64,000 nt of DNA from Acidobacteriota bacterium (GCA_965263035.1 OZ253580.1:4576001-4640000), one strand, 5' to 3'. Shown: positions 9,931-20,405, numbered from the stretch's first letter. Notes: a model not told the origin generated them from the letters alone. Numbers and translations are program-made.

Positions 9931-10884
9931 CTACGGAATGCTCAAAAATGCTAGTAGTTTCTCAACTTGTTTCCTCCGATCCCGTGTCAAGCGACTGAGT
10001 GCAAGGCATTCAATCGTTGGCCTCATCGTTCCGCCCTCGTATTCTAGACCCTCAACTTCCGCACTTGCTTCGAGAAATACTTTCCATGCATTGTTTGCTT
10101 CTATAAATTTCATCCGTTGCTTGTCGGAAACCACCTCGAATACCTCATCCAGAGCAGAATCCAAACGCATCTTCTCCTTTGTGAAGTCTTCCGCTGACAC
10201 CATATTCATTTCCATTTGTGTGAGTGGAGCATCTGGGAAGAGTGTTTGGGAAATCAATGCTTCCGACGCCTTCAGGAGTAAAACGCAGTGGTCGAAGCAG
10301 TTGTCGATTTCATCCTTTACTATTTCAAATTTTGATGCAACTTCATGGCAGAAAATATGTCGGAGTTGAAATGTCCTGTCTACATATCGACAACTCTCCT
10401 CTATATCCGAGATAATTGCGACTCTCGGCTTCTTTCTGACTTCAACATCCCATCGATCATAGACTCGCGACACGCTTTCCTTAAAGTTTATACCCAAGAG
10501 TTGGCTCATTGGCGATAATATGTGATCTAATTTACTGACTGGAAGATAGTGAGCGATTATATCTCCAATCGTAATTGTCCGACCGTGTAGGCTTTTCACT
10601 ATGTCGAAGTCCAATCTTTTCTTGGGCATCAACTGCTTCGAATTGGTCAAGTACGGCTCACCTAAATCAATTATCTCTTTGATTGCCATCTGAAAATACG
10701 ATTGAATGCATGCCACTAGTGCAATTGGGAAGTACCGAAGCAGTTCCTTATTTTTGGGGTCCAATCTTCTGTAAGAGTATTCCAAATGCTTTATCCGAAT
10801 CAGCAGTTCCGCACTCGAATTATCACAGTAGCGACGTGTGTTGGCCTCTAATATTTCTTTTATTACTCTTTGACGGTCCATCAT
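9931..10884 (-). CDS. HEPN-like RNase domain fused to C-terminal LprI (DUF1311)-like domain
   Basis: RxxxxH motif (LRHIFCHE); C-terminal TQMEMN...LD...ANNAW...GGTM...C..RLT..R typical of LprI. The longer ORF to 10956 starts inside an IS relic, so the start is moved to MMDRQ at 10884. Low GC. Confidence 0.6.
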   Translation of the reverse strand: MMDRQRVIKEILEANTRRYCDNSSAELLIRIKHLEYSYRRLDPKNKELLRYFPIALVACIQSYFQMAIKEIIDLGEPYLTNSKQLMPKKRLDFDIVKSLHGRTITIGDIIAHYLPVSKLDHILSPMSQLLGINFKESVSRVYDRWDVEVRKKPRVAIISDIEESCRYVDRTFQLRHIFCHEVASKFEIVKDEIDNCFDHCVLLLKASEALISQTLFPDAPLTQMEMNMVSAEDFTKEKMRLDSALDEVFEVVSDKQRMKFIEANNAWKVFLEASAEVEGLEYEGGTMRPTIECLALSRLTRDRRKQVEKLLAFLSIP

Positions 10885-11208
10885 TTGTCGTGAATCCAGA
10901 TTATTCGTGCCACATGTTGATAAAAGCTTCTGGTCCGAATTTGTCGTGTAGGTCACCGCTTGTTACTGAATCGGCTCATAAATAGAACAATTCGGCAAGT
11001 AATACATGGTCCAGAGGCGATGGGGTGCGTCACTCGCCGACAGGTTGACTGGCCGGCGAAACCGGGCGGCCGCTTCGTTCGCTTCCACGCGGGCACGATT
11101 CCTCCTCGGTTCCCCGTCCCGACACGCAAAACACGGCGATTATTCACCTGACGCAAAAATAATCCTGTGTTACTCTCTTTTCATGGTTGATTCACGGGGC
11201 GGCGCGAT

Positions 11209-11322
11209 CTAGTCGAGTTCACGCTTCGCACGTTTGCCGAAGAGCTTTTCCATGATCCCGGCATCGGTCCGTTCCGTGATGTTCTTGGGCAACCGACGTT
11301 TACGCTTGGGAGTTTGAGCCAT
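11209..11322 (-). CDS. Small basic ORF inside IS1595, divergent from the transposase
   Basis: MAQTPKRKRRLPKNITERTDAGIMEKLFGKRAKRELD, 37 aa. Confidence 0.3.
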   Translation of the reverse strand: MAQTPKRKRRLPKNITERTDAGIMEKLFGKRAKRELD

Positions 11323-12268
11323 GAGAAAGTCCCCGAAGAAAAAGAAGGTTAAACCGGAGATGAACCTGATCCGGCTGATCAATCGGTTCTCCTGCGAAGA
11401 GAAGTGCCGGGAATTCCTGGAGCGGCTGCGGTGGCCGGAAGAGGTCTGCTGCACTAGATGCGGTGACACCGACGTCTACGAGATCCCCAAGCGGAACAAG
11501 TGGGCTTGTCTCGGCTGCGGCTACCACTTCAGCGTGACGGCCGGAACCATCATGCACGACTCCCACCTTCCCCTCCGGAAGTGGTTCATCGCCGTCTACC
11601 TGATGCTGGAGTGCAAGAAGGGAATCTCGGCCAATCAGTTGAAGCGAGTCCTGGGAGTCCACTACAAAACGGCTTGGTATCTGTGCCACCGAACCCGCGA
11701 GGCACTGGCGCATACCGAGATCGAAGGGCCTACCCTGTTCGGCATCGTCGAAATGGACGAAACGCTGATTGGGGGGCGCAGAAAGGGTGTCGGTCAGGGG
11801 AACCGGGAAGGCAAGGTTTGGGTCGCCGGAGCCGTCCAGCGTGGCGGGAAAATCCGCCTGGAGCAAATCCCCAACGTGAAACGAAAGACCCTGCACGGGT
11901 TCATTGACCGGCACGTCAAAGACGAGGCCGAAGCCATCTACACCGACGAACTGGCGTCCTATATGGGAATCTCCGACGGTAACACCCGCCATCAGACGGT
12001 CCAGCACAGTGCCGAACAGTGGGTTGTCGGAGACGTTCACACCAACTCCGTCGAGGGCGTCTGGAGTCTCTTCAAGCGATCCATCATCGGAGCCTTTCAC
12101 AAGGTCAGCAAAAAGCACTTGGATCGCTACCTGGAAGAGTTGGAGTGGCGTTTCAACAACCGAGACTACCCCTACATCTTCCGTGATGCCATGCGGAAGA
12201 TCGTCCGGGCCGAAACCCTGACCTACAAAGCGCTGATCGCCGAGAAGGAAGAGGTGGCCGCAGCGTGA
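11321..12268 (+). CDS. IS1595-family DDE transposase
   Basis: Zn ribbon (CTRC...CLGC), VEMDET, IYTDE, HTNSVEGVWS, YLEELEWRFN. The real start may be ATG 11360. Confidence 0.95.
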   Translation: MRKSPKKKKVKPEMNLIRLINRFSCEEKCREFLERLRWPEEVCCTRCGDTDVYEIPKRNKWACLGCGYHFSVTAGTIMHDSHLPLRKWFIAVYLMLECKKGISANQLKRVLGVHYKTAWYLCHRTREALAHTEIEGPTLFGIVEMDETLIGGRRKGVGQGNREGKVWVAGAVQRGGKIRLEQIPNVKRKTLHGFIDRHVKDEAEAIYTDELASYMGISDGNTRHQTVQHSAEQWVVGDVHTNSVEGVWSLFKRSIIGAFHKVSKKHLDRYLEELEWRFNNRDYPYIFRDAMRKIVRAETLTYKALIAEKEEVAAA

Positions 12269-12384
12269 GTTTATTGAAGCCACGAGATTGCCTCCCCCCT
12301 CTTCACTCGTTCTTTCAGGAGCGAAGCCACAGGTTCTCAACGTTGTCCTTTTCGGTCCATAGGGTTCGGTTCTTCCAGTTGGGA

Positions 12385-13074
12385 TTACTCACCGATCATC
12401 ACCTCCTCAACCTCAAACTCGTCCTTGCCTTTCAGCCGAAATCTGTAGTGGCGCTTCCACGATCCCTCAACCTTGCGTGCCCTGATCTCTACGCGTAGTT
12501 TCAGCCAGCCTGTAGGACCGGACCGGTAAAGTCTTCTCCCCCAAGACTCGTCTTTGTGGACAATGTTAGAGTGGTTCTCCCACACTCTTAATCCACCCGA
12601 ATAATCCCGTTCCAACTCGGCAATCTCAATTATAGCGACATCACCTTCTCGAATATATTGCTCACCCTTCCATCGCAGATTAAATGGACTCTGCCTAGTG
12701 ACGCCTGGGCCACTGATCCACCCATAGCCGTAGTGGGAAGCAGTGAGGGAAGCGCGGAGTTCCAAAGTGAAATCCTCGCCGCCACGGGGCGTGATCTTAG
12801 GCGGCATCGGCGGCGGGCGCTTCTTTACTGTTGCGACCGCAGTCATACCCCCGCCGCGTTCGGAAGACCACCTTTCCCCGATACTCATCAAGAAACAGAA
12901 TATTCCCAATATCAACGCTGCCCAAAACAAAGGGGGAATGTCTGCAAAATGTGCATACAAGGAGGCCGGGGTCACTGCAAAACCCGCCTTCCACCACGAT
13001 TGCTTTTGAAGCCATTCCCGGAGTGACACCATCCATTCGAGGTTACGAAGCAGGGAAAATAGACGCCTGAACAT
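12385..13074 (-). CDS. Membrane-anchored hypothetical protein (IS1595 passenger)
   Basis: 229 aa; hydrophobic segment LFWAALILGIFCFLM, Pro-rich linker, beta-rich C-terminal part; lies between the IS inverted repeats. Confidence 0.6.
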   Translation of the reverse strand: MFRRLFSLLRNLEWMVSLREWLQKQSWWKAGFAVTPASLYAHFADIPPLFWAALILGIFCFLMSIGERWSSERGGGMTAVATVKKRPPPMPPKITPRGGEDFTLELRASLTASHYGYGWISGPGVTRQSPFNLRWKGEQYIREGDVAIIEIAELERDYSGGLRVWENHSNIVHKDESWGRRLYRSGPTGWLKLRVEIRARKVEGSWKRHYRFRLKGKDEFEVEEVMIGE

Positions 13075-13412
13075 GACACGGGCACACTACACGCCGCCCG
13101 CATTTGCGTCAAGTGAACAATCGCCCAAAACACGGGCTCCAGAAGCTACCATAATCGATGTTAACCCGTCGCCCCGACACAGCAATAAAAACTATTTCCG
13201 GCCCTGAGACAGAAATCGATACGCTACTCGCAAGGCCGGACCGAGAAAGAGACAGTCTACAACCCCCGTGTGCAAGGTTTACCGGAAGCATGACCGGGAC
13301 AGCTACATCGAACCGACGCTCAATGGGCAGACGTGATACGTGAAAGATGGGGTCCTGAAGAGTCTGGTCTGGAGGCGATAGGTGCCCTTGCTTCGTCGGC
13401 AGTGCAGATTGG

Positions 13413-13715
13413 TTACCGAGCCGAATCTTTCCGAGAACCAATCGGTATCTGGACGATTAGATCTTTACCGAATTTAATGCGGGCAACTTGGCAAGCCTGT
13501 CGGATGCGTTTCAACTTTTCGGAATTGCTGCAGTGCGTCGCAAGCCACCAACCGTTTGGCAGCTCCGCGGCGTAGTTTTGTGGCGCATGGTAGCCGGGGT
13601 AGAGGGCATCCCTGCTCTTGGCCACGTACTCTCTTAATCGTCCACGGTGGGTTTCAGCGTAGCGCCTACAAAAGTCGGAATCCATGGTGGCCAGTTTCCC
13701 GAATGCGGCGACCAT
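13413..13715 (-). pseudogene. SeqA C-terminal-like domain fragment
   Basis: GRLREYVAKSRDAL...ELPNGWWLATHCSN resembles SeqA-C-like domains (from memory). 5' end abuts a glycosidase gene remnant. Confidence 0.4.
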
Positions 13716-13724
13716 GAGAGGCGC

Positions 13725-13751
13725 AACCTATACTCCATCCGCTTCCACTAA
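13725..13751 (+). pseudogene. 3' tip of a third beta-propeller glycosidase gene
   Basis: AAC CTA TAC TCC ATC CGC TTC CAC TAA = NLYSIRFH*, matching DLYSIRFH* of copies 1 and 2. Confidence 0.8.
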
Positions 13752-13770
13752 CACGGTGAAAGTGCCCGAT

Positions 13771-15438
13771 ATGAAAAGACACGGTTTCCTCCTGGCGCCC
13801 CTGTTGGTTGTCGTCTCCTGCGGCAGTCCTTCCCAGACCCCGAACCTCGCCTCAAAAGGCGAGCCGAAGAAGGAGCGGCGGATCCTCTACTACGACTCCG
13901 CCGCCGTCCAGTCGCACAGCTACCTGGACCGCGGGAAGGTGGAGCCGTACATGAGCCTCATCTACGACATCCAAACCCACGACGACTTCCTGGACGCCAG
14001 CGTGCGCATGGTCAAGGGAACCCAGGTGGACACCTACCTGTGGCACATCGGAAACGGGGCCGAGCCGCCGTGGAATATTCCAACGGATCTGCTCTGGTCC
14101 TGTTTCGATTCCTACGAGCAGGTGAATGACATCGTCATCCGGGCCTGCCGTGAACAGGGTTTGGAGGTCTGGGCGTCGATGCGCATGAGCGATCTTCACG
14201 CGGCCTTCCGGTCCCGGACCCTGGAGGAATTGGACGATGTCTTCAAGACACAACACCCCGAGTACCTGATGGCGCCGATGACGGACCGCCAGCTCCCGTC
14301 CGAGCTGACCGAGCAGCGTCTCTGGGTGTCGTTCGACTACACCCACCCGGAGGTTCGGCAGCACCGTCTCGACTACATCGCGAAGACCGCCGCCAACCAC
14401 GACTTCGACGGCTACGAGCTGGACTTCAACCGCATGGGGATCCACTTCCCCATGGGACAGGGACGCCGGAACGCCCACCTGATGACGGACCTGATGCGGC
14501 AGATCCGGGAGCGGCTGAACGCCATCGGAGACCAGCGGGGGCGGCCCTACACCCTGGCGGTCCACGTGATGGATTCCCTGGAGACCAACCTGGAGATCGG
14601 TCTGGACATGGAGGCCTGGGCCCGGGAGGGGCTGGTGGACGTGCTGCTGGTGGGCCTGGGATACATGCCCGACCAGTTGGCCATTGGCCAATGGGTGCGG
14701 TTGGCTGGGGAGACGGGAGTGCAGGTGTATCCGTCCATCAATCCCAACACCATGCGGGCGGGCGCTTGGGAGACTCTGCGGGGTAAGCCTCTGTTCCGCG
14801 AGGGAATGCGGGCGTATGCCGACTACTACCTGGACCAGGGCGCCGACGGCATCTACCTCTTCAACTTCAGGCATGAGCCGACACAGCGGCTGACCGAGGA
14901 GGAGTTCGAGGGAGTGCTGAGCGAGTTGGGAGCGCCCGAGACCATGGCCGGCAAGGACAAGGTCTACGCTATCAACCCCACGGCACATAGTGGCGGGCCC
15001 TTCTATCACGGTTCCGAGCCGGCGTTGTTGCCCATCATTCTGGACCGGGTTGAGCGGAAGCTGCGGTTGCATCTGGGTCCGGCTGCCGAAGACCCGAAGG
15101 CCAGCCTGCGTCTGAGCATATTCACGGCCAAGGCCGGGAAGGGGACTATTCTCTGGGCTCGTCTCAATCACACTCTGTTGTCCGAGGCCGAGAGGGAAGG
15201 GGACTGGTTTCACTTTCAGGTTCCCGCGGGTGTGGCGCGCAACGGCATGAATGAGGTGGGCCTGATTTCAAACGTTCCCGCCGCCGGCCCCTTCGCGGGT
15301 CTGATCGGTCCCCCCAATGCCGATCCTGCCGAGTTCCTGAAGCAGGCCTTCGGCCGAGTCAAGAACGTCATCCAGACTGACCAGGATCCGGTAGTGGTCC
15401 ACCAGATCTTTTTGGAGATCAGCTATCCTGGGAAGTAG
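13771..15438 (+). CDS. TIM-barrel glycoside hydrolase-like lipoprotein, copy 3, intact
   Basis: MKRHGFLLAPLLVVVSC; near-identical to the other two copies; ends SYPGK. Confidence 0.75.
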   Translation: MKRHGFLLAPLLVVVSCGSPSQTPNLASKGEPKKERRILYYDSAAVQSHSYLDRGKVEPYMSLIYDIQTHDDFLDASVRMVKGTQVDTYLWHIGNGAEPPWNIPTDLLWSCFDSYEQVNDIVIRACREQGLEVWASMRMSDLHAAFRSRTLEELDDVFKTQHPEYLMAPMTDRQLPSELTEQRLWVSFDYTHPEVRQHRLDYIAKTAANHDFDGYELDFNRMGIHFPMGQGRRNAHLMTDLMRQIRERLNAIGDQRGRPYTLAVHVMDSLETNLEIGLDMEAWAREGLVDVLLVGLGYMPDQLAIGQWVRLAGETGVQVYPSINPNTMRAGAWETLRGKPLFREGMRAYADYYLDQGADGIYLFNFRHEPTQRLTEEEFEGVLSELGAPETMAGKDKVYAINPTAHSGGPFYHGSEPALLPIILDRVERKLRLHLGPAAEDPKASLRLSIFTAKAGKGTILWARLNHTLLSEAEREGDWFHFQVPAGVARNGMNEVGLISNVPAAGPFAGLIGPPNADPAEFLKQAFGRVKNVIQTDQDPVVVHQIFLEISYPGK

Positions 15439-15513
15439 GAACTCGTCGTCAGTAGGAGCAACAACGGACAACCGGAACACGAGCATCCCAAATGGAAAGG
15501 AGGTGAACCGACG

Positions 15514-15732
15514 ATGAACTGGGAGGCCTGTTCGGCAGTGGAACGCAATCCCCGCAAGATCAGCGGAGCCTGGGCCTTCACCGGGACAAGAGTGCCGGTA
15601 TACGCCCTGTTCGAAAATCTGGAGAGCGGCGCCACCGTGAAGCAGTTCCTGGAATGGTACCCGGAGGTAAAGCAGTGGCAAGTGGCGGCTATTCTCAAGC
15701 ATGAAGTGGAATTCTTCAAAACGCCAGCCTGA
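15514..15732 (+). CDS. DUF433 (VapB45-like) antitoxin
   Basis: VERNPRKISGAWAFTGTRVPVYALFENLESGATVKQFLEWYP; strong RBS AGGAGGTG upstream. Confidence 0.85.
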   Translation: MNWEACSAVERNPRKISGAWAFTGTRVPVYALFENLESGATVKQFLEWYPEVKQWQVAAILKHEVEFFKTPA

Positions 15733-15734
15733 CC

Positions 15735-15900
15735 ATGAAGATCCTGTTCGACGATGGGACGCCGGCGCCCCTTAGAAACCATCTCCGGGAACATTCAGTG
15801 GACAGATCGGCCGAGAAGGGGTGGGAATTGCTGGAAAACGGAGAGTTGATCCGCAAGGCCGAGGAGGAAGGGTACAAGGTCATCGTAACCACGGACCAGA
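15735..15900 (+). pseudogene. DUF5615 PIN-like toxin, 3'-truncated
   Basis: MKILFDDGTPAPLR...NGELIRKAEEEGYKVIVTTDQ, then similarity to the full copy at 40658 stops and GC drops. Confidence 0.8.
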
Positions 15901-15987
15901 GGGGAATTATAGCGTTGACTAGACCTTTCCCCATCTCCCGTCTCCATCCATCCCAAAGTCATATTAACGTGGTACAGTTCTTCCACC

Positions 15988-16869
15988 ATGGGAGAAGACC
16001 ACCTTCTCAAAGTCATCGCTGGTCATCCTGATCATCCTCTGGTCATCGGTGACATCCACATCCCCTGTTACGTCTTGGAGAATGAAAGTCGAGTACTCAC
16101 CCAAAGAGGACTATTCTTCGCAGTCAACAGCCGCATCGGACCCAGTGGGCGTGAAATCCTCAATTTCATAGATCGAAATTGGATAATACCCTTTATTTCC
16201 AATACTTTATCTTTGGGCGTGAAATCTCCAATCCCATTCCTTTGGAAGACAAAGAGGATGCTCGGATATCCCTCTGAACTCCTTCCAGATCTATGTGCCT
16301 CCATCATCAACGCTCATGTAGCCGGAGCCACAACGACCCGACAAGCTTCCATCGTAAGGAGAGCCTACACCTTGCAGGCTTCCTTCGCCAAGGTCGGAAT
16401 AGTTGCCCTGATCGATGAGGCCACCGGATACCAGACCATCCGAGACCGAGAAGCTCTTCACAAGCTCTTGGATCGTTTTCTGAGAGAAGAGCACGCCAAG
16501 TGGGCCAAACGATTTCCAGATGAGTTCTACATACAAATGTTCCGTCTCAAGAATTGGCCGTGGAGAGGCATGAAAATCAACCGACCTCAAGTCGTAGGCA
16601 TCTACACGAATCAGATCGTCTGGGATCGTCTTGCTCCTGGACTCAGAAAAGAACTCGAACGACGGAACCCACCGAACGAGAATGGAGAAAGGCCCTTCAG
16701 ACATCATCAATTTCTAACTGAGGACATCGGCCATCCTGCTCTCCAAGAACACCTTCACGGAGTGATCGCTATCATGCGAGCTGCTCAATCCTGGGCTCAC
16801 TTCCAAGATCTCCTGACGACTGCCTACCCAAAAAGACACGAAAACAAAATCCTCCCATACGACCAATAA
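15988..16869 (+). CDS. P63C domain-containing protein
   Basis: IPCYVLE..RVLTQRG, VGIVALIDEATGYQ, KWAKRFPDEFY, RHHQFLT..IGHPAL. Confidence 0.85.
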   Translation: MGEDHLLKVIAGHPDHPLVIGDIHIPCYVLENESRVLTQRGLFFAVNSRIGPSGREILNFIDRNWIIPFISNTLSLGVKSPIPFLWKTKRMLGYPSELLPDLCASIINAHVAGATTTRQASIVRRAYTLQASFAKVGIVALIDEATGYQTIRDREALHKLLDRFLREEHAKWAKRFPDEFYIQMFRLKNWPWRGMKINRPQVVGIYTNQIVWDRLAPGLRKELERRNPPNENGERPFRHHQFLTEDIGHPALQEHLHGVIAIMRAAQSWAHFQDLLTTAYPKRHENKILPYDQ

Positions 16870-16879
16870 ACATCCCAAG

Positions 16880-17218
16880 TTACAGATTCTTAAAGTAATC
16901 GTAGACTTCCGTAACTGTCGCCGAATTGTCAAAGTCCTTTAGAACACGACCGCGTAGATTCTCCTCACGAACTTCGATTTTCACTGTCTTATGATTATAA
17001 GAGATCGCATATCGATTTCCGCCAATATGCACCCACATGCAATTCTTAAAGTCTCCATCCTGTGCCCGAACTCTAAGCTCTCCTTCCATTCGCCAAAGAA
17101 TCGCTCCAGTCATCACCAAGATAACCTCCCGGACATTCTTCGCATGATCCCGTGAGCGATACATCACACCTGAAATGTACCTACGAAACTCCCTAATCGT
17201 CGTAATCGTCGCCATCAC
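16880..17218 (-). CDS. VCH_CASS14-like (integron cassette protein family) protein
   Basis: YISGVM.R..HA.NV.E..L...GAILWR...KN..WV.I.G.RYA.SYNH....IE.R...G.....FDNS matches my recollection of Vibrio cassette protein Cass14; RBS AAGGAG upstream. Confidence 0.7.
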   Translation of the reverse strand: MMATITTIREFRRYISGVMYRSRDHAKNVREVILVMTGAILWRMEGELRVRAQDGDFKNCMWVHIGGNRYAISYNHKTVKIEVREENLRGRVLKDFDNSATVTEVYDYFKNL

Positions 17219-17470
17219 CTTCTCCTTATCTTGTAAGGGAGATTGTCTGCCTGACTAGATTCCTCCCAATGTAAACGATGTGAAAACTCGGGGATTGTCT
17301 ATTTAACTTGACGTCCCCGCATCACAAGACGCTCTATCTTCCTTCCCACTTGCCAAGGCGAAGTACTGGAGGAGGAGGCCACACAGGACATCTACAGTCT
17401 AATCGTCCGGGTATTATAGGAAGGCCACCTTCCCGAAGATTAACGACACGGCCAAGAAAGAGGGAGCATC

Positions 17471-17941
17471 TCACTTGGAAGCAAGCACCAGGATAAGAAT
17501 GGAAAGAAAATACGCCAAGATACCAATGGGCATCGTCCAGAGCGGACGGACGCCAAAGGATTCCATTTGAGGAGGTGCAAGGGTGACTAAAACTATCACC
17601 AGTCCTGGCGGTCTCACAATCGCTTTCTTCCACTTCTCCCAAATCAGAAGTTTTGCTATGAGTCGCAGCAGGACTGTGTAGTCTTGTCTTTTTAGATTCG
17701 ACACCCAGGCATCGACAAAGGTCGCTGCAAACACAAAGAAAAATGCCACGCGGAACATTCGACCGTAAAACCTTGCCTCATGAACCGCATACATATCCTC
17801 CGATTGGCCACCGGGGACGGCCAGCATCAAATCAATGATTTCCATCCATTGATAGAACTCCCAACCAAAACCGAAATTGAACAAGGCTGTGGCCACCGTC
17901 AGACCGACGAACTTTAACAATCTGACCAAGGACTTCAACAT
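17471..17941 (-). CDS. Hypothetical multi-pass membrane protein
   Basis: 156 aa with 3-4 hydrophobic segments; GAGGA upstream. Confidence 0.5.
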   Translation of the reverse strand: MLKSLVRLLKFVGLTVATALFNFGFGWEFYQWMEIIDLMLAVPGGQSEDMYAVHEARFYGRMFRVAFFFVFAATFVDAWVSNLKRQDYTVLLRLIAKLLIWEKWKKAIVRPPGLVIVLVTLAPPQMESFGVRPLWTMPIGILAYFLSILILVLASK

Positions 17942-19255
17942 CTATTCTGTCCTCTCCTCGTGGATCATCTGTCCACGAAATCGGGACACCTTCAAGATGC
18001 TTTGTTCATCAAATCCCGATCCCGAACGCTTCCTCCAGCAGACTGTAATCGGCGACCAGGTCTAACATCTTCAGAGCACGCTTAGAGAATTGCATCGGGA
18101 CGAGTTTGTCGGTGATAAGCGCTGAGCGCAGTTTCATCCTTTCGACTGGGATATTCGTCAATTGTGCGAGCCGTTTTCGACTGGAGTGAAGGTACGACAT
18201 GCGGTCAAGGTGCCTCTGAATTGGTGTGCGGACACCGGCATTGGCGACGTTAGTATATTCGGCCAGACGCTCGCCAATCTCACCGATTGTACGATCGAAC
18301 CTTAGACGCTTGCACTCAATCACATAGACCACATCGGTATGAAGCTGCCAAGCGAGGACGTCAATATCGCCGAGTTCGCTGCCGCCGCCTAGACTAGTTA
18401 AATCCAACTCGCTATGCACCTTCCAGTGAAGTTCATTGAGCCGTAGAGCAACTCTGCGGTTGAAGTCATGACCATTCCGGTCAGCCACATGCCCGATCCA
18501 GGATTTCATCTCTTCGCTATCGAAGAGACTAGTGGGCAAGTCTCCAGACTCAGCCATGCCGAGGTAACCGAGCGTTCTATCGAGCAACGTTGGCATAATT
18601 AACACATCCGGATCCTTGTTGGTCGAGATCTGCACAAGAGGGCGGCGCATAAGCGACAGACGGCGATTGTAGCGCCAAGGATACCAGTCGCGCTTGTTGG
18701 CTTGCTCAGGTCTATCCTCATCCCACTTTGGCCTAGGTGACAAGGAAAACATTCCAAATGTACGTTCTGGATGCACCACTCCGAGGTGTCTCAATCGACA
18801 CAGCACATTACTTCTCGAGAGCCAGAAAAGCGCTGTGCGTTGCTCCAAAGCTTTCTCAGTGACACTAACAACAAATTTGCTGTATTGAGTTATGCTCAGA
18901 CCGAACTCCTTAGTGAAAGCTGCGTCGAAATCTTTGTCTATCACTTCCCCCTCACCATCACTCACAAGAGCCGAGCCATCGTTGTCCGCAGCCTTCTGGA
19001 AAGTTCGCTCGCCGTACGCCTCCAAAAAAGGGGCTAGCGTCCCGCCGATTGACAGATCAAAGCCAAACGAGCCGTTGGCATGCACGATGGGCTTATGAGC
19101 CACTAGATCATAGTACATTGCATCGCTCTGGCTGGCGCATTCCAAAAGTGTCACCACCTCCGCGATCAGAAAATCCAGGTCCGCACCAGTGCAGGCCATA
19201 CCGCCATGGCACGGCGAGGTGCAGAGTGCCATTTCTGTAATCACGCGACTAGCTA

Positions 19256-20405
19256 GTGTAGTGTCCCGTTAGTTCGTGTATAATAATAGGCGGTTCCTCA
19301 TTCAGAAAGGAGACTGCCTATGCCCCGCGGACGCAAACTTCCCCCCTTGGTACTCAGCGACGAGCAGCGACATCAACTCCAGGGAGTCGCCCGTTCCACC
19401 AGTCTGCCTCACGGCTTGGTCCTGCGAGCCCGCATGATCCTGGCCAGTGCCGAGGGCCTCACCAACCGGGCAGTGGCCGAACGGGTCGGGGCTTCGCCCC
19501 AAGCCGTCGGCAAGTGGCGTCGACGCTTCCTCGAACTCGGCGTTCAGGGCTTGCATGACGAGCTTCGTCCCGGTCGTCCCCGCAGCTACGACGACGAGAA
19601 GGTCGCCCAGGTGATCAGCCGCGCTCTGCAGCAGAAGCCGGCCAACGCCGAGAACTGGAGCGTGCGCTTGATGGGCGCCGCCGAGGGCGTCTCCAAGACC
19701 ACCGTGCAGCGCTGGTTCTCGCTTTTTGGCATCAAGCCTCATCTGGCCCAGACCTTCAAGCTCTCCAACGACCCCTTCTTCATCGAGAAGGTCCGAGATA
19801 TCGTGGGACTTTACCTCCATCCCCCCGACCACGCCATGGTGCTGTGCGTCGACGAGAAGTCTCAAATCCAGGCCCTGGACCGGACCCAACGGGCCCTGCC
19901 CCTGGGTCTCGGGTACGTTCAAGGATATACGCACGATTACATCCGCCACGGCACCACCACCCTTTTCGCGGCCCTGGATGCCGCCACGGGTCGCGTGATC
20001 GCTCAATGCAAGAAGCGCCACCGCCACCAGGACTTCCTGGCCTTTCTGAGGTTGATCGACCGGGAAGTGCCGCCCGATCTGGACCTCCACTTGGTCGTCG
20101 ACAACTATGCCACGCACAAGCATCCACGGGTCCGGGCCTGGATTGCCAAGCGGCCACGCTACCACTTACACTTCACCCCCACCTACGCCTCCTGGCTCAA
20201 CCAAGTGGAGCGCTGGTTCGGTTTGATCACACAGCGAGCGATCAAGCGCACCTCGTTCCGCAACGTGAGACACTTGGTGAAGACGATTGAGGAATTCACC
20301 CATCGATACAACCAAGAGGCGAAACCCTTCGTGTGGGCCGCCACAGCCCAATCCATCCTGGACAAGCTAGCACGATTATCTACTCGTATTTCCAGGACAC
20401 CACAC
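19256..20405 (+). mobile_element. Complete IS630-family element
   Basis: Imperfect ~25-bp inverted repeats (GTGTAGTGTCCCG... / GTGTGGTGTCCTG...); TA duplicated within a CTAG target. Confidence 0.92.

Larger units (their letters stand above)
11135..13125 (+). mobile_element. Complete IS1595-family element carrying a passenger gene
   Basis: 23-bp terminal inverted repeats GGCGATTATTCACCTGACGCAAA / GGCGATTGTTCACTTGACGCAAA; 8-bp target duplication CAAAACAC (11127-11134 and 13126-13133). Confidence 0.92.
10895..13310 (-). mobile_element. Degenerate 3' end of an IS1380-family element, split by IS1595
   Basis: 10895 TCCAGATTATTCGTGCCACATGTTGATAA aligns with the reverse complement of the IS right end at 56493; similarity runs to 11134 and resumes after 13133. 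Confidence 0.7.
1..15438 (+). repeat. Dispersed direct repeats of a ~3.5-kb glycosidase-pair(+higA) unit
   Basis: 1-3516 vs 5796-9311, plus a partial third copy at 13725-15425. Confidence 0.9.

Noticed and set aside
16861-16890. attC site after the VCH_CASS14-like gene
   Set aside because: TAAC and GTT are only ~7 bp apart and run into the convergent P63C gene; too short for attC.
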